From NCBI RefSeq assembly GCF_001194135.2, contig NC_068984.1, forward strand, positions 98,595,426-98,659,425: 64,000 nt of DNA, read 5' to 3'. The notes under the pieces were generated by a model that was not told the DNA's origin, did no database searches, and saw nothing but the letters and a program-made list of their open reading frames with translations. The translations under genes were made by a program, and so were the position numbers. Positions within the stretch are counted from its first letter, which is position 1, and each line of letters begins with the position of its first letter. Shown piece after piece: positions 25,874 through 39,270 of the stretch. The DNA comes from Octopus bimaculoides. Taxonomy: Eukaryota.

Positions 25874-26195
25874 AGCGTATTTAATCTCCATACCTTCGTT
25901 TTATTTGCTTTTTTCATTTTAAATTTGCTTTAACCCTAACCCTAACCCTAACCCTAGGGTTAGGGTTAATTGTTTCAGAATCGTTTGTTTATGTAGTCGG
26001 CACTTAATGTATATTGGCTGAATGGACGTCAGTGATTGGTTGAAATTACAGAAATACGACAGCTTTAACATGGAATAACTTATGGATTTCTTTTTTTTTT
26101 AAGAAGACTAAGAGAAAAAGATGTTTTATATGACACATTCTACCAGTGTTCCAAGTTTCAAAGTGTTTCGTTAATGAAAAATGTGGGCCCCCGTT
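25874..26195. repeat. Non-coding repeat containing (TAACCC)4/(GGGTTA)2 palindrome
   Basis: TAACCCTAACCCT|AGGGTTAGGGTTA is a perfect 26-bp palindrome at 25943-25968. The element class (Helentron/MITE-like) is inference. Confidence 0.5.
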
Positions 26196-26199
26196 TTAA

Positions 26200-27180
26200 A
26201 AAAGATCCCAGAAATGTAATTTTCACTGACACAATTTTGAGGACAAAATTAATAACGAATCCAAAAGCATCAGTGATAAAATTGGACAGTGATAAAATTA
26301 ACTGTAAAGAACCAAGATGTAATATGACAGAGAAAAGCGACTCAATGGAGAACACATAATCACTCGATAGTCGAATAGACAACAAAAATGTAACTGCCAA
26401 CTCCTCAAACATAAATAAGGTGGAAAATACCATGATAACTGATATCAACACAGAAAATAACAACTTCAACAATATGGAACAGAGAAGCATAACAGAAAAC
26501 AATAACAGAATGAATAACGACAACAAAAACATTGATGAGAACACAACCAATACCAACGTCAAGACCAGCAACAGAGGGGAGGGGTGTATTTGGGAGTAAC
26601 AATAGCCGTGACAATGTGAACGATTCCACCACCACCATCAACAGTGAGAGTGGAACAAGTAGTTTTGCAGCAGCAGTTGTGAAGTGCTAACAAAATTAGT
26701 ATGAGACAGACATCTCCAACAATGTCCCTGTGGAAGGGACAGGTCTCACTTGTCAGATGGTCCATTTGCTGTCAGCCCCCATTACGTGGAGAACTGAGCA
26801 GGCCGTGGCCGATGATGCACAGACATGCGCTTAGGATGTAGCACCTCCAGCGATACCATTAACAGTGAGCAGGTATGGTCGCTGTTTGTTGGACGCACTT
26901 TTCTGCAACTCATCTCCTTGATGGAGCTACAGTCCTGGATCAGGCATAGACCGAGGCAGGGTACTTGGCCCCTAGAGTGTCTCCAAGTGCTCACAGCACT
27001 CAACCAATCGAGAAATGTGGTTGGTAGAAGTTCCACCTTGGAGTTCTATTGGGCAGGATTGGAGGGCTAGAGTGACGACGTTCTTGGAGAGGTTCTGGGC
27101 ATCGGAGGGGATCAACTGGCTGGTCTCTTCTGGAGGACTTTTGGACCAGGACCTATAGATAACTTCCAGAGATCTCTGTC
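26200..27180 (+). pseudogene. Decayed Asn/Thr-rich open stretch, possible LINE ORF1 remnant
   Basis: Long, mostly open plus-strand frame broken by a stop at about 26357, followed by a GC-richer block; no diagnostic motif. Confidence 0.3.
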
Positions 27181-27184
27181 CTGG

Positions 27185-28860
27185 CAGTGCTACCAGGAAG
27201 TGGGGAGCTCTGCCTGTTTGTGATTAGCTCTACTGGCACAGGTGTGATTTCACTCAGCTTGATGGCTCTTCTTGAGCATGGTAGATTGCCAAAGGTCTCA
27301 GTCACTAGTCATTGCCTCTGTGAGGCCCAATGTTCAAAGATCATGCTTCCCCACCTCATCCCATGTCTTCCTGGGTTTCCCTCTTCCACAGCTTCCCTCC
27401 ACTGTTAGAGATTGGCACTTGTTCACACAGCTGTCCACATCCATACACACCACATGACCATGCATGAAGAGCAATGAAACCATTCTGCATGTTCTCGTAC
27501 AGCATCTGTGCATTGTTGACTTGTGGAGATTTGTCATACAGAACTGTTCACACACATGTAGCAGGCATTATACAATCATCATACAGTTTGCCTTTCACTC
27601 TGAGGGAGAGGCCCTTGGTTGCCAGTAGCGGTAGAAGCTTTTTGAACTTTGCCCAGCCTGTTCTTATTCTCACAGCTACACTCTCAGTGTACCCACCTCC
27701 ACTACTAACTTGGTCACCTAGGTAACAGAAGCTACCTACTACCTCTAGCTTATCCCACTGGCAGTTGATGGAGTCTATTTTCTGTACATTTTCGGCATTT
27801 ATTGTACCTGTGCATCTTTCACACACAAAAGCTATTTTCCCTGTTAACCATCCTCTGACATTGCTGCACCTCTTATGTGTCCATATTTAACACCGGGTAC
27901 ATCTTATAGAGTTCCTACTTATGCCTTTTCTACAGATTAAGCAGAGCCATCTACCTGAAGGGATTCATGATTTGTCTGCCTTCCTACTTACTAAGACTTA
28001 GGTTTTTGCTTGGTTAACTCTAAGGCCCTTTGATTCTAAGCCTTGCTTCCATAACTGAAACTTCTTCTCTAGTTCTGGTACTGATTCCACTATAAGAACA
28101 AGATCATCAGCATAGAGGAGCTCCCAAGGGCAGCCTGTCTTAAATTCCTCTGTTATTGCCTGGAGGACTATGATGAACAGGAGGGGGCTGAGGGCCGATC
28201 CTTGTTGAACTCCTACTTGTACCCTGAATTCTTTGCTGTACTCATTGCCAACTCTTACTGATAGCATCCCTGTACATGGCTTGTACAGCTCTCACCAACC
28301 ACTCACCTATCATCAGATAAGGGATCAGGAGACACTGTCAAAGGCTTTCTCCAAGTCAACAAAAACCAAGTACAGAAGTTTATCTTTGGCTATGTATTTC
28401 TCCTGCAGTTGCCTTACCAGTGCTTCTATCTGGCACAAAACAAAACTGCATCTCATCTAGACTAACTTTCTTCCTAATTAATTGGGCTATGACCCTCTCT
28501 GTAACTTTCTTCACGTGATCCAACAATTTGATACTTCTGTAATTATTTCTATCTAAGGCATCACTTTTACCTTTGTAGCAGTTGACTATGGTGCTGCTAC
28601 ACCAGGCATTGGGTATGACACCTTCATGAACCACCTGATTTATAATACGGGTGACTAGACCATCACCTACACTGCCAGATATTTTAAGCATCTCAGCGGA
28701 GATTCCTGATGGGCTGGGGGCTTTCTATCCTTCATATCCTTAATTGCTTTATCTACCAAGGTACTGTCAATTTGGATAGTTAGTGCCTCAACTGGGTCAA
28801 CATTTTTGGCAGATCTTCCTCCTCCCATTCATTCTCCACATTCAGCAGTCTTTCATAATG
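27185..28860 (-). pseudogene. RTE-clade LINE reverse transcriptase pseudogene
   Basis: NCYKGKSDALDRNNYRSIKLL, QVGVQQGSALSPLLF, ELLYADDLVLI, FCYLGDQVS, GRGKPRKTWDEV across several frameshifted ORFs. Confidence 0.95.
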
Positions 28861-29384
28861 GCATTTTCAAGCCTCTTTCTTTGCAGAATCATTAAATGCA
28901 AGTGCACCATTTTTCTCCTATGACATCCTAATTTTCTCTCACACACTGTCTTTATGAAGATGATAATGAAAATGATTACCATTAAACTTATTGACATCCC
29001 CATCACCATAGCCAATGTTGCCATCACTACCACCATCATCATCATTATCAGCATCATTTACTCTCAACTGACTGAATACCATTGTCTTTATGCTATCTAT
29101 CTTTAGCTAAATGTGTGTATATGATGAGGCTGCCTATCTCTTACATAGTTGATAGTAGGCTGCAGTGGAATTTTAACTCAGAAAACAAAAGATCTTGAAC
29201 AAATACTACAACACATCTTGTCTGATACATTTGTTGTTTTACCTGTTCATTACCTTAGACTTTATGTCTTGAAAGAATGGAAAGCAAAGTTAACTTCAGG
29301 AAAATTTGAACCCAGTACACAAACAGTTGGAATAAACCTGTAAGACATTTCATTCAGTATTTTAATGTTTCTACCATTTTATAT

Positions 29385-29652
29385 TATTTACATTATTTAC
29401 ATTTGACAGATATTTGTCCTTATCACGTTTGTTGTTAATATGTTTTGGCTGATATACCCTCCAGCTTTCATCAGGTGTCTTGGGGAATTTTCGAACCTCT
29501 CATTCCTAAGGTATTTTTCGATGTTATTATTATTATTATTATTATTATCATTATTATCATTATTATTATTCAGGTCACTGCCTGGAATTGAACTCGGAAT
29601 CTTGGGGTTAGTAGCCCATACTCTTAACCACTATGCCATATGCCTATGGGCA
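29385..29652 (-). mobile_element. tRNA-headed SINE with a decayed hammerhead in its 3' part
   Basis: Minus strand: A box TGGCATAGTGG, B box GAGTTCAATTCC, (AAT)n tract, then GACAC-CTGATGA-AAGCTG..CAGCC-AAAA-CATATTAAC; tail shared with 42201-42268(+). Confidence 0.75.
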
Positions 29653-29747
29653 GTTTGTTTCCTAATAATTCTAAACTCTAACTTGCCTAAGTCAGAATGT
29701 TCAATCTTCTTTCTAGTTGTCTGAAACCTTGTTGTTGTCTCTTTCAG

Positions 29748-29833
29748 GAATTACGTGGCAACATTAGAGTCCACTGTCGTCTTCGGCCTGTGTTCCACAC
29801 TGATGTACAAGGTGATCCAGTTACATCGGTTAG
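29748..29833 (+). CDS. KIF25: Internal exon of a kinesin-14 (C-terminal motor) gene, KIF25-like; neck/motor start ELRGNIRVHCRLRPVFHTDVQGDPVTSV
   Basis: Acceptor GTTGTCTCTTTCAG, donor AG|GTAAGT, 86 bp, phase 0 to phase 2. ELxGNIRVxCRxRP is the established kinesin-14 signature; the His (RVHCR) recalls KIF25 orthologues, so the subfamily call is less certain than the family call. Confidence 0.8.
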
Positions 29834-30639
29834 GTAAGTAATACAAAACTAATATACCCCTAAACTAACATATCACTTGTACACTATTAAGTGTGATGTT
29901 GATTTTCTTATTAATGGATCAGTCTTGATCCAGCAGTTCCTGTGATCAAAGATGTTCCAGCTATAATCATCTTGTCTTTTACTCAGTGTATTCTGAATTA
30001 CATTGTCCAGTAACATTTTCTGATAGGTTATTGTAATCCTAGATACACTTCATAAAAGAGGGGAAGGTCATGGTTGGAATGTGTTTAATCCTAAGTGTTC
30101 TCAATCAAGGCTGACTGTTGGTGTTATGCATTGACCAGTCCCATTGCCTGCCTTTGGTGCCTGAGGATGCTTCAGAATATTCTGGGTGGGCACTAATTTG
30201 TAATAATGCTAAAGTGAAGTTTCAAAATAAGTCTATCACTGTACATCTGAGCATGCACCATTGAATAGTAAGTAGGCAGTGCCATCTAGTGCCCTCCATT
30301 AGTGACAAGCATGGCATTAACTTATGACTTTTCTTTGAGGTAAACCAGAAAGTTTAATTTCATAACACAATTGTGACTGCTGAACAAGATCCAGCCTAAT
30401 ATCAATCCTTCTCTTGATATTTTTCTTTCACGTTTATTCTTTATTCCTTCTATTTTGCTTTCTTCCACTGTAACCACTCTTGTGATTTTCAGTCTGTAGA
30501 TCTTTTTTGCTGTACAGGATATACTCTACATTCATTTCTTCTGTTTTCACTTAATTTTCTGAGATGATGTAGCTTTTTCTCATTCGTATTAATTGTTCAC
30601 TTCACTAGTACACAGTATCAACTAACCCACTGAAAAAAC

Positions 30640-30900
30640 TAGGAGTTTATTCTATCACTGTACATAACATTCATTGGTTACATGAAAACCTGAAACTCCT
30701 TGGAAATGCAAAGCTTCCTTAACTTCTGTAAAGATCAAGGGGTTAAAGAAATCTTCATTTTTACATCGATAGTGTGATCATCATTGAATTACACACAGAG
30801 GGATTATATCTAGATAAGAGAAGGAGTACAACAAGGAGACATCATATCACCAAACTTTATGTCCCACAGTTGCAAAATATCTTCAGAATATGAGATAAAT
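30640..30900 (+). mobile_element. Decayed LINE RT fragment
   Basis: RRRSTTRRH region reads EGVQQGDIISPNF in another frame, resembling RT domain GVxQGDxxSP. Confidence 0.55.
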
Positions 30901-32184
30901 GACATAAAAGATGAATAAATTAATAGAATTTGATTTTAATTTATTAGTTTTAAAGTTAATATCAAGATTATTTTTAAGCTGTTTAGTAAATAACTTCCCT
31001 TAAAAACCAATATAATTAGAAAATCAATAAACCAATATAATTTGAAAGTCAATAATTTAAAATCAATAAATTGTTTGTTTAACATGAAACACTTTAAGTC
31101 ATATAAAATGAACTTAATAACTAATCAATTCTCTGAACTTAAAAAATGGTTAGTTGATACTGTTGGTACCTTTTGCCCACAATATATTCTTTATAGTGCT
31201 CCCCACCTCCCCAGCAAGCTTTGGTTTGTTCTTACCAACTCAACTACATTTAAATGAAGATTAGAAAGAATTAGTAAGTTCTACTGAACTGAATCTTGTA
31301 ATAATCTATCCTAAAGTACTGGCACCAGTACTGCTAATATAGATCATGATGATGCTGCTGCTGCTAATGATGATGATTATCTGGATGACAACAATGCTGA
31401 CAATGACAATGACAAAGACATTAACAATGACAATGATGGTGACAACAATGATGATGTTATGGTAGTGGTGGTGGTGTTGATAATGATGATGATGATGATG
31501 ATGATAACAACGACAAGTCAGGCTGACATAATCTATGAGGGAAATCTATATTTGTTATGGATGTGATTAGGAGGCCAAAGCAGGGATATGCTAACACATG
31601 ATATATCTGAGGTTAACTTTTTAAAAGATGCTAATACATACTAAAGAATTTAAAAGTATTTCTAAGATGAATTATTTACTTTAACAACTTAAATTCTTTA
31701 GATTAACAACCTTGTCTTTCACGTTCTTCTCTACTGAACTGTTTTAATAAGTTTTATGTATAATTTTACCACCCGAGTCCCAATATTTACAAATGTATAT
31801 AAATGTATACATTCATAGACATGGCTAAATATGTTAGTAAATTGTTTGAATTATTGGGAATGAGCATTGTGAAATCAAACCTGACCCAGGGAATCGTGTA
31901 TATCCACAATACACTAATAAATTTTTGCTTACAAGGAGAGAAATTAATTGTGCATTCCTTACTAGACTTAGTATTCCACCAGTAAATGTGGTGTATGCTT
32001 AAACTTGCAATGTCAGCTAAGTCAGTGTTGTTATTATGCTAATGATGGACAGCTTCACATTCTCTTTATTCTAAGCAAGAGTAGTACTCAGTGGTTTGTG
32101 TTTTAGTGTGTTTTGTGCCATTTAATCTTTACCATTAAATTTTGTTAAAAATTTATTACAAAAATAAAGATGTTAAAAGTATGT

Positions 32185-33200
32185 CAATTTTCAAGATAGT
32201 CTCTTTGCTTTTTAACATATTTTGTCCCACTCACAAGCTGGCTAATAGCTTAGAGATCAGTCATGCATGAACAGTTTCCTTCACTTCTTGGTCCATGATA
32301 AATTTGGTCACTTTGGCTCTTCAAATGGAACTAGCACATCAGGAGCAACACAAAGGAGCAACATCAGGCCTATAAGGAGAATGCTCCAATATATCATATT
32401 TCAGTTTTTGGAGAATTGTAGCAGTGTGAGCAGCAGTACAAGAACAGGCAGTGTGGTATCACAACATAGCTCCATTTAACAGTAGTTCTTCAGCATTTGC
32501 TTTGAGTTGTAGGCCTTAATTTGACATGTAGTCATGTAGTATCTCACCATTATGAGCATTGTTTACTGTTGAGCACCTTCCTGGATAATATTCCCATTCT
32601 AGTCCTTGGGAGTCCTAAACTTTCACCATAATTTTTCCTGCTCTTGCTTGAGCTTTGAACCTTTCCCAACAAGTGATTGTGGATATTTTCAATCCATAAT
32701 CTGGTGTTTACTCTCCAGTATGTAATGGTATATTCACGCTTCATCACTAGTATCAATTATTTTCTATCAGAAGGTGTCATCTTCATTACTATAGCAATTC
32801 AAACATCATTAGTAGATTTCAAAATGATTTGATTTTTTTTTTGTGCAAGCCAAAGAGTTGTTTTGGAACCAATTTTGCACAAACATTTCTAAATCCAAGT
32901 TAATTGTGGATGATTCTTTTTAGCAGGTCCATAACTAATTTGCATATTATTTACCACTTCATCAAGTCATCCACCTGTTCGACTGAAATATGTCATGAAA
33001 TCAATATTATCATTAGCACAGGATGTGGTCAGGTATTTGTTTCCAGCTTGATGTGTATCAGTTGTTTGATCATTTATTTTTTCAGTCCATCTATAAAATG
33101 TCTGTAGCTTCAAAACACTGCTTTCATATGGTACTGACCTCCAATAAATTTCAGAGACCATCTTTGTTGTGACCATCTAGTGATGTGCATGCAACTAGTT
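32185..33200 (-). pseudogene. Near full-length decayed mariner transposase
   Basis: Ordered remnants: SEIYWR..QTFYRWTEK, LGFRNVCAKLVPKQL, DTSDEA*IYHY..ESKHQIMD*KYPQS, LQKLKYDILEHSPYRPDV, DQEVKETVHA, KYVKKQRDYLEK. Confidence 0.85.
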
Positions 33201-36200
33201 GTCCTGCCAATCATGAAAATATTGTAAAGGAATTATGGATAATGAATGATTCAATATTAATTGTTCATTTGGGTACCTAAACTCAGAAAGCAACTAAGAC
33301 CATAGACACATAATGTAACAGATTGACATACAACTATTTAGGATGATTACTGGATTATTAATTAAGTTTATAATTATACTGATAATTAAGTATTTACTGC
33401 CAAGATTAAGTAAATGACGATTGGCCACTGTCTCTCTGTTTCATTTTTGGTCAGTTGACTATGATTCATCTAAAACTTTATGTCCAAGGTAATAACCCGA
33501 GCAATTTTTTTGTTTTGTTTTTGTGTAAGACTAGAAGTTGCTGCTGCAGCAAGTCTCCTCTCTCTGCACAATACTGTTGTTCCAGAATAAGCCAAGGGCT
33601 GATACAGTTTGGTATCAGAATCATCATAGGTGAACTTGGAACATAAAGAGCTGAAAGAAGTAACAACAATGCATTTTGTCCAACAGTCTAGTTATTCTTC
33701 CTATCCACCGCTCTCAACTGTTACTGTATCACCTCAGAATGATGCAGGGCAAAGTTGATTGCAAAGGGTGAGAACAAATACCATGAGGAATTTCATCTAT
33801 TGATCTAACAATTCTACTATTCTACAATCCAAAACATTAGGAACACAAATTTGAGAGAGAAGTGTGACTGGTCTACTGACAGTACTTGAACCAACAACTT
33901 ATAGTTTACTAATTGACCCCATTACATAACTGCCTTTGTCTCTTTTCAAAACTTACACTACAAAATTTGAAAAGAAGGAATGGCAACAGCTCTGTAGTGT
34001 AATCATTAATGCAGTATCTCAGCAAAGAGTAGATATGGTTCAAATTCCTGCTAGTTGACTTGATGTACTTACTTTTGGTTTCAAATGATTGCTTTAATCC
34101 TTTAGCATTCAAATTACACTGTCAAATGTAATGCTTATTTATTCATTGTTTTGAGTTAACCTTCCATTATCTAGTAGCTTTGAGGTTTTTTTAATGTGAT
34201 TGCTTATTATTAGGAGGGCATCATAGGGTAGGTGTGAGAGGCAAGATCTGGCTGGTTTGAACATAAAACAGGTAGACTATGCAGGCCAGATATGGTCGGT
34301 ATGAATGTTAAAGGGTTAATGACAATTTACAATATCATCTATACTGAGGCTGCTAGATCCAGAATGCAGTCAGTCTACAGTTAATAGATTTGAGTTTGGC
34401 ATTCATCTGCAGATTAGATTATGTTTATTTTTTGTTATAATTGTACCATTTCTGTTATGGTTGGTATTTTAAAATGATTTCAAAGTTTTTATAGAATGGT
34501 AAGATCATCCAACTAATAGATGTCTGTTTGCTTAAGAAGTTCTCATCACAGCCATATGTTCGTTGGCTAAGTTCCTCTGTGCAGCACCTTGGGCAACATA
34601 AATCCCTGAAAAGGGGATATAACTCAATATCTGAATTGTTCAATAAAGAAAGATCAATAAAGTTAGTGGTATTACTGATGGTAATATAATTGATTGAAAC
34701 TCATGAAGGTGATACTCCAGCTTGCCACAGTCCAGTAACTGAGACACTTACAGGAATATACTATAACTTATTTTGCAGTAGATGTATACTGAAAATCTAG
34801 ATGAGAAGGTATAATAATTTTAAGAGCTAAATGGTGGTGGCAGTGGTAATGATAGTAGCAGTAGCAGTGGTGGGTTAATTCAAAGACCTCCATCCACTTA
34901 TCTATTTCTCTGCTCATAAGACAATTCAAAACCTGTCTTGTTTTTTGTTGTTGCTTATTTCTCACCTTTATTTTTACCATTTTTTTATGTGTATTATTAA
35001 ATTTTGTTTCATTTCTTGGTTGTTTTGTGGAGGGAGTATTTGCTGTATTGTGTTTCAGCAGTTTTTGGAGAACAATCAGAAACTGAAATAGAACTGGGTG
35101 GTTGACTAAGACTTGCAGGAAAACTAAAGCTACACAGATATGCACATACATACATACATACATACATACATACATACATACATACATACATACATACATA
35201 CACACACATAGATACATACATACATACATACATGATACATACATACATGTGTGTGTGTATAAATATATATATGCATACATATATGTATGTATATATACAT
35301 ACATACATGATACATACATACATGTGTGTGTATAGATATATATATGCATACATACATACATACATATATATATACACACACCTATGTATATACATATGCA
35401 TATGTATANNNNNNNNNNNNNNNNNNNNNNNNNNNNNNNNNNNNNNNNNNNNNNNNNNNNNNNNNNNNNNNNNNNNNNNNNNNNNNNNNNNNNNNNNNNN
35501 NNNNNNNNNNNNNNNNNNNNNNNNNNNNNNNNNNNNNNNNNNNNNNNNNNNNNNNNNNNNNNNNNNNNNNNNNNNNNNNNNNNNNNNNNNNNNNNNNNNN
35601 NNNNNNNNNNAAACAACTCAAAATAAAAGACACACCTAATCATCCACTGATGCTCATCCTCCCTACCCAAATCCAGAGAATTATTGTTGTTGCTGTTGTT
35701 GTTAATATCTAAAGATTCTGTTGCCTTCCAGTTGAATTTCCACCAGTTGGTCATGTGACCATCTTTCTAAGGAAGTCTTTAGGGAAAGGGGTTGGGGAGG
35801 GGGATGTTGCAAAGGAACAAAGAGAAACACATTTAACGCACTCTGGCAACACCACTACCTCCTTTATATCATCATCATCATCATCATCATCATCGTCGTC
35901 ATCATCATCATCACCACCACCACCACCACTACCACCACCACCACCACCATCATCATATCAACACCACCATCACCACCATCGTCATCATGACCAACATTAT
36001 CATTAATATAGATTATGGTTTGTTTCTAAATTTACACCAAATGAGAATATGGAATGTGTCCCTAGGCAAGATATTTAACTCTGCTTGCTTTTTATGAATC
36101 TTCTTAATCACATTATGATGATATTGATGATGATGATGATGACAATCATCATCATCATTGTCACTCTAACCATCTTTCCCAATACTGGCCACTACCATCA

Positions 36201-38329
36201 CCACCACCTTCGCTCTCCTTTCTCAATAATGACAACCACTATTTAAACGTATATATTGTATTCCTGCCAAGGTTTAGATCTGTAGGAAGTACAACATCTT
36301 TCCTACAATTTGTGTTTGACCACTATTTTAATTTCTGCCTCATGCTTCTGTCAGGCCAAAAACATAAAATAAAACGAAATAAAAATAGAGACTCACTTAA
36401 AAAGGTTTTATTTCAGATACCACTTTGAACCTGTAATGTAAGTTCAGTCCCTGAACCATTTTATTTCACTCCTTTCATGTACCCAAGAATTTTTATCTTA
36501 GATTTTACTTTCTCTCTCTCTCTACACACACACACACATGCACATGCACACACAAACACACACAAAGATACATGTGTGCACACACACACACACGCAAGCA
36601 CATGTCCACACACACACACCACTATTCATCCATCCATTTGTATACATGTATGTATATATGTGTGAGTGTGTGTGTACATATCCATTTCTGAGTATGTCCA
36701 TATGTGTGTATGTGTTTGTGTTGTTTCCTTGATGTCATGGGTTAGTTATAAATAAATGTTGCTGTCATGTAAAGCGAAGTCCCTCATTTCCAGTCTTCCA
36801 TGTAAACATATCTGGCCATAGGGATATGTTGCTTGGAAACAGGTGAAGGTTGGTAACAGGAGGGAATCCAACAACAGAAAATCTTCCTCACCAAATTCAT
36901 TCTGAGCAATGCAAGCATGGAAAAGTGGTCGTTAAAACACATGTACATATGCACACACACACACACACACATACATACATACATACATGTATGCATGCAT
37001 TTGTACCAACATGCATATGTATATACATACATGCAAATGTACCTATATGCATACGTATACATGTAGATAAATATGGTCAAATAGTTATGGTGTTTGCTCA
37101 GCAATCATGAGTCCCAGGTTTAATCTCACTGCATAGTATCTTGGGTAACTTTCTTTTGCCATAGCCTCAGGTCAACCATGCCTTGTAAGTGAGAGTGGGT
37201 ATCTAGCAGAAATATTTAGCAATTGCAAAACACCCAGAAATTGAACCTGGATCACTGTATCCAAGGCAAAGAAAACAACTAAGTAACTCATGGTATTTGC
37301 TGATGGAACAAGAGCTAATTAAACAATTTCATCTTTGACATGTTGTTTCTGACCAAGAGCATCAGTTATAAATAAAATATATATATTTCTTGCATTTTAT
37401 CCTCTAGCAATTAGAAGCTGGAGCAAACATCTGCTATCTGCAGCAGAGAATGAGAAAAAAGCTTAGAGCTGTGTCCGTAACACCAAGACACTGATAAGAT
37501 GATGGTGAAAATCTCATCAACACAGCTTAACCAGATAACTCCAAGAAATACATGACAGAAACTACTGTTATACCTGATCTTACGATATCTCATATGATTT
37601 TCTAACTTGCTTACTTGTATAAACAACTTTTCTTATTTAAAGCATGAATGAAATATGTGTTCTTTCAATCTGTATCAACTTGATACCAAATCATAACTAT
37701 ATTCACAAACATACATACAAAACGATCACAACATGAATATGGAAACTAAGAAGAAGCCCATTAAATAGATTGTACCTGTAACTCAAAGGTAGTACCTTTT
37801 CACACTGATTCTGACTGAGAATTATGTTAAAGGTACACATATCTGTAGAGTATTCATTCACCTACACATTAATTCAGGAGCAAGTAATTCATTTGTACAA
37901 ACAAGTGAACTCTTATCATTGGAACTGATGGAGACCTTATGTGACTGTGATGAGAGGAAAGACTGCTTTGCAGAGTTTCCATCCAGAATGGTAAGACAGG
38001 TGGGAATGTTATCCAGCCAGAGCAATTGTAAGATCATTGTCTGTGAGAAATGTATGGGTGGAGATGAGTAAGTTTGTCTGTAACATTTGGGTCTGCTAAG
38101 GTCTGTAAGGACCAGGTGGTGATAGTATCAAACAGTGAGATGTGTTAGGTCTAGCGTCCAAATATTTGGGTGTGAGGCCTAACATACCTCACTGTTATAG
38201 TGATTACATAACCCATTGCAAGTTATGGCATGATTTCCGTTTTTCATTTTGAGAGCATGAATGTCCGAATGAACAAGTCAGTGATCACCCAGCTAATTCC
38301 TTTAGTGTTTCTAAGGTGGTGTGCTGGTA

Positions 38330-38525
38330 GAATCTTTTGGATACTGGGAAAAATACTTAGTGGAATTTTATCCATCTATATGTTCTGAGTTCAAACTCTG
38401 CTGAAGTTGACTTTCCTTTCATCCTTTTGGGGTCAATAAAATAAGTACCATTTCAGCACTGGGGTCTATGTAATTGACTTATCTCCTCCCCCAAAATTTC
38501 TGGCCTTGTGCCAAAATTTGAAATC
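38330..38525 (+). mobile_element. SINE family B
   Basis: GAGTTCAAACTC..TTTCATCCTTTTGGGGTCAATAAAATAAGTACC..GGCCTTGTGCCAAAATTTGAAA. Confidence 0.8.
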
Positions 38526-38599
38526 AATTCTTCTAGTGCCTGACCACCAATCAGTATTCCAGCTGTGACCATTTCATTTTTACACATATACACATCATC

Positions 38600-39270
38600 A
38601 TCATCATCACTTAACGTCAATTTCCATGCTGGCATGGGTTAGATGGTTTGACTGGAACTGGTAAGCCAGAGAGCTGCAACATGTTCCAGTCTGATCTGGT
38701 GCAGCTCTCCGGCTTACCTGTTCCAATCTGATTTGGCATGGTTTCTTCAGCTGGATGCCCTTTGTAATGCCAGCCACTCCAAGAGTGTAATGGGTACCTT
38801 TTACCTTCCATCAGCACGGGTGACATTTACATGACACTGGTAATGGCCACGTCTATTATTCCATGGGTGCCATTTACATGACACTGGCAACTGCCACAAC
38901 TATAGTTTTACATGGCTTGATGAGTCTTCTCAAGCACAGTATATTGCTATGGTCTTGGTCACATGTTATTGCCTCCGTGAGGCCCTACATTTGAAGGTCA
39001 TGCTTCACCACCTCATTCCTCACCTCTGTGAGGCTCAACATTCAAAGATTATTTCGAAGATCATATTACTGGAAATAGTATGATTACAATTTCATAGGTG
39101 CCATGTACATGACACCAGTAACAGTCATGACTAAGATTTCACTTGGCTTGATGAGTCTTCTCAAGCACAGCATATTGCCAAAGGTGTCACTTCCATGAGG
39201 CCCAAAATTTGAAGATCATGCTTCATCATCTCGTCCCATGTCTTTCTGGGTCTACTTCTTCTACAGGTTC
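38600..39270 (-). mobile_element. Stacked RTE 3'-end fragments (two direct copies and a tail)
   Basis: GGCTTGATGAGTCTTCTCAAGCACAG..GAGGCCC..GATCATGCTTCA occurs twice (about 38915 and 39145); (CAT)n tail at 38600. Confidence 0.7.

Noticed and set aside
25931-25970. Ancestral telomere fusion site
   Set aside because: The orientation is (CCCTAA)n then (TTAGGG)n, the reverse of a fusion scar, and the tract is very short.
29575-29652. Functional tRNA genes at SINE heads (also at 43.9 and 63.6 kb)
   Set aside because: A and B boxes are present but there is no complete cloverleaf, and each continues into a SINE body.
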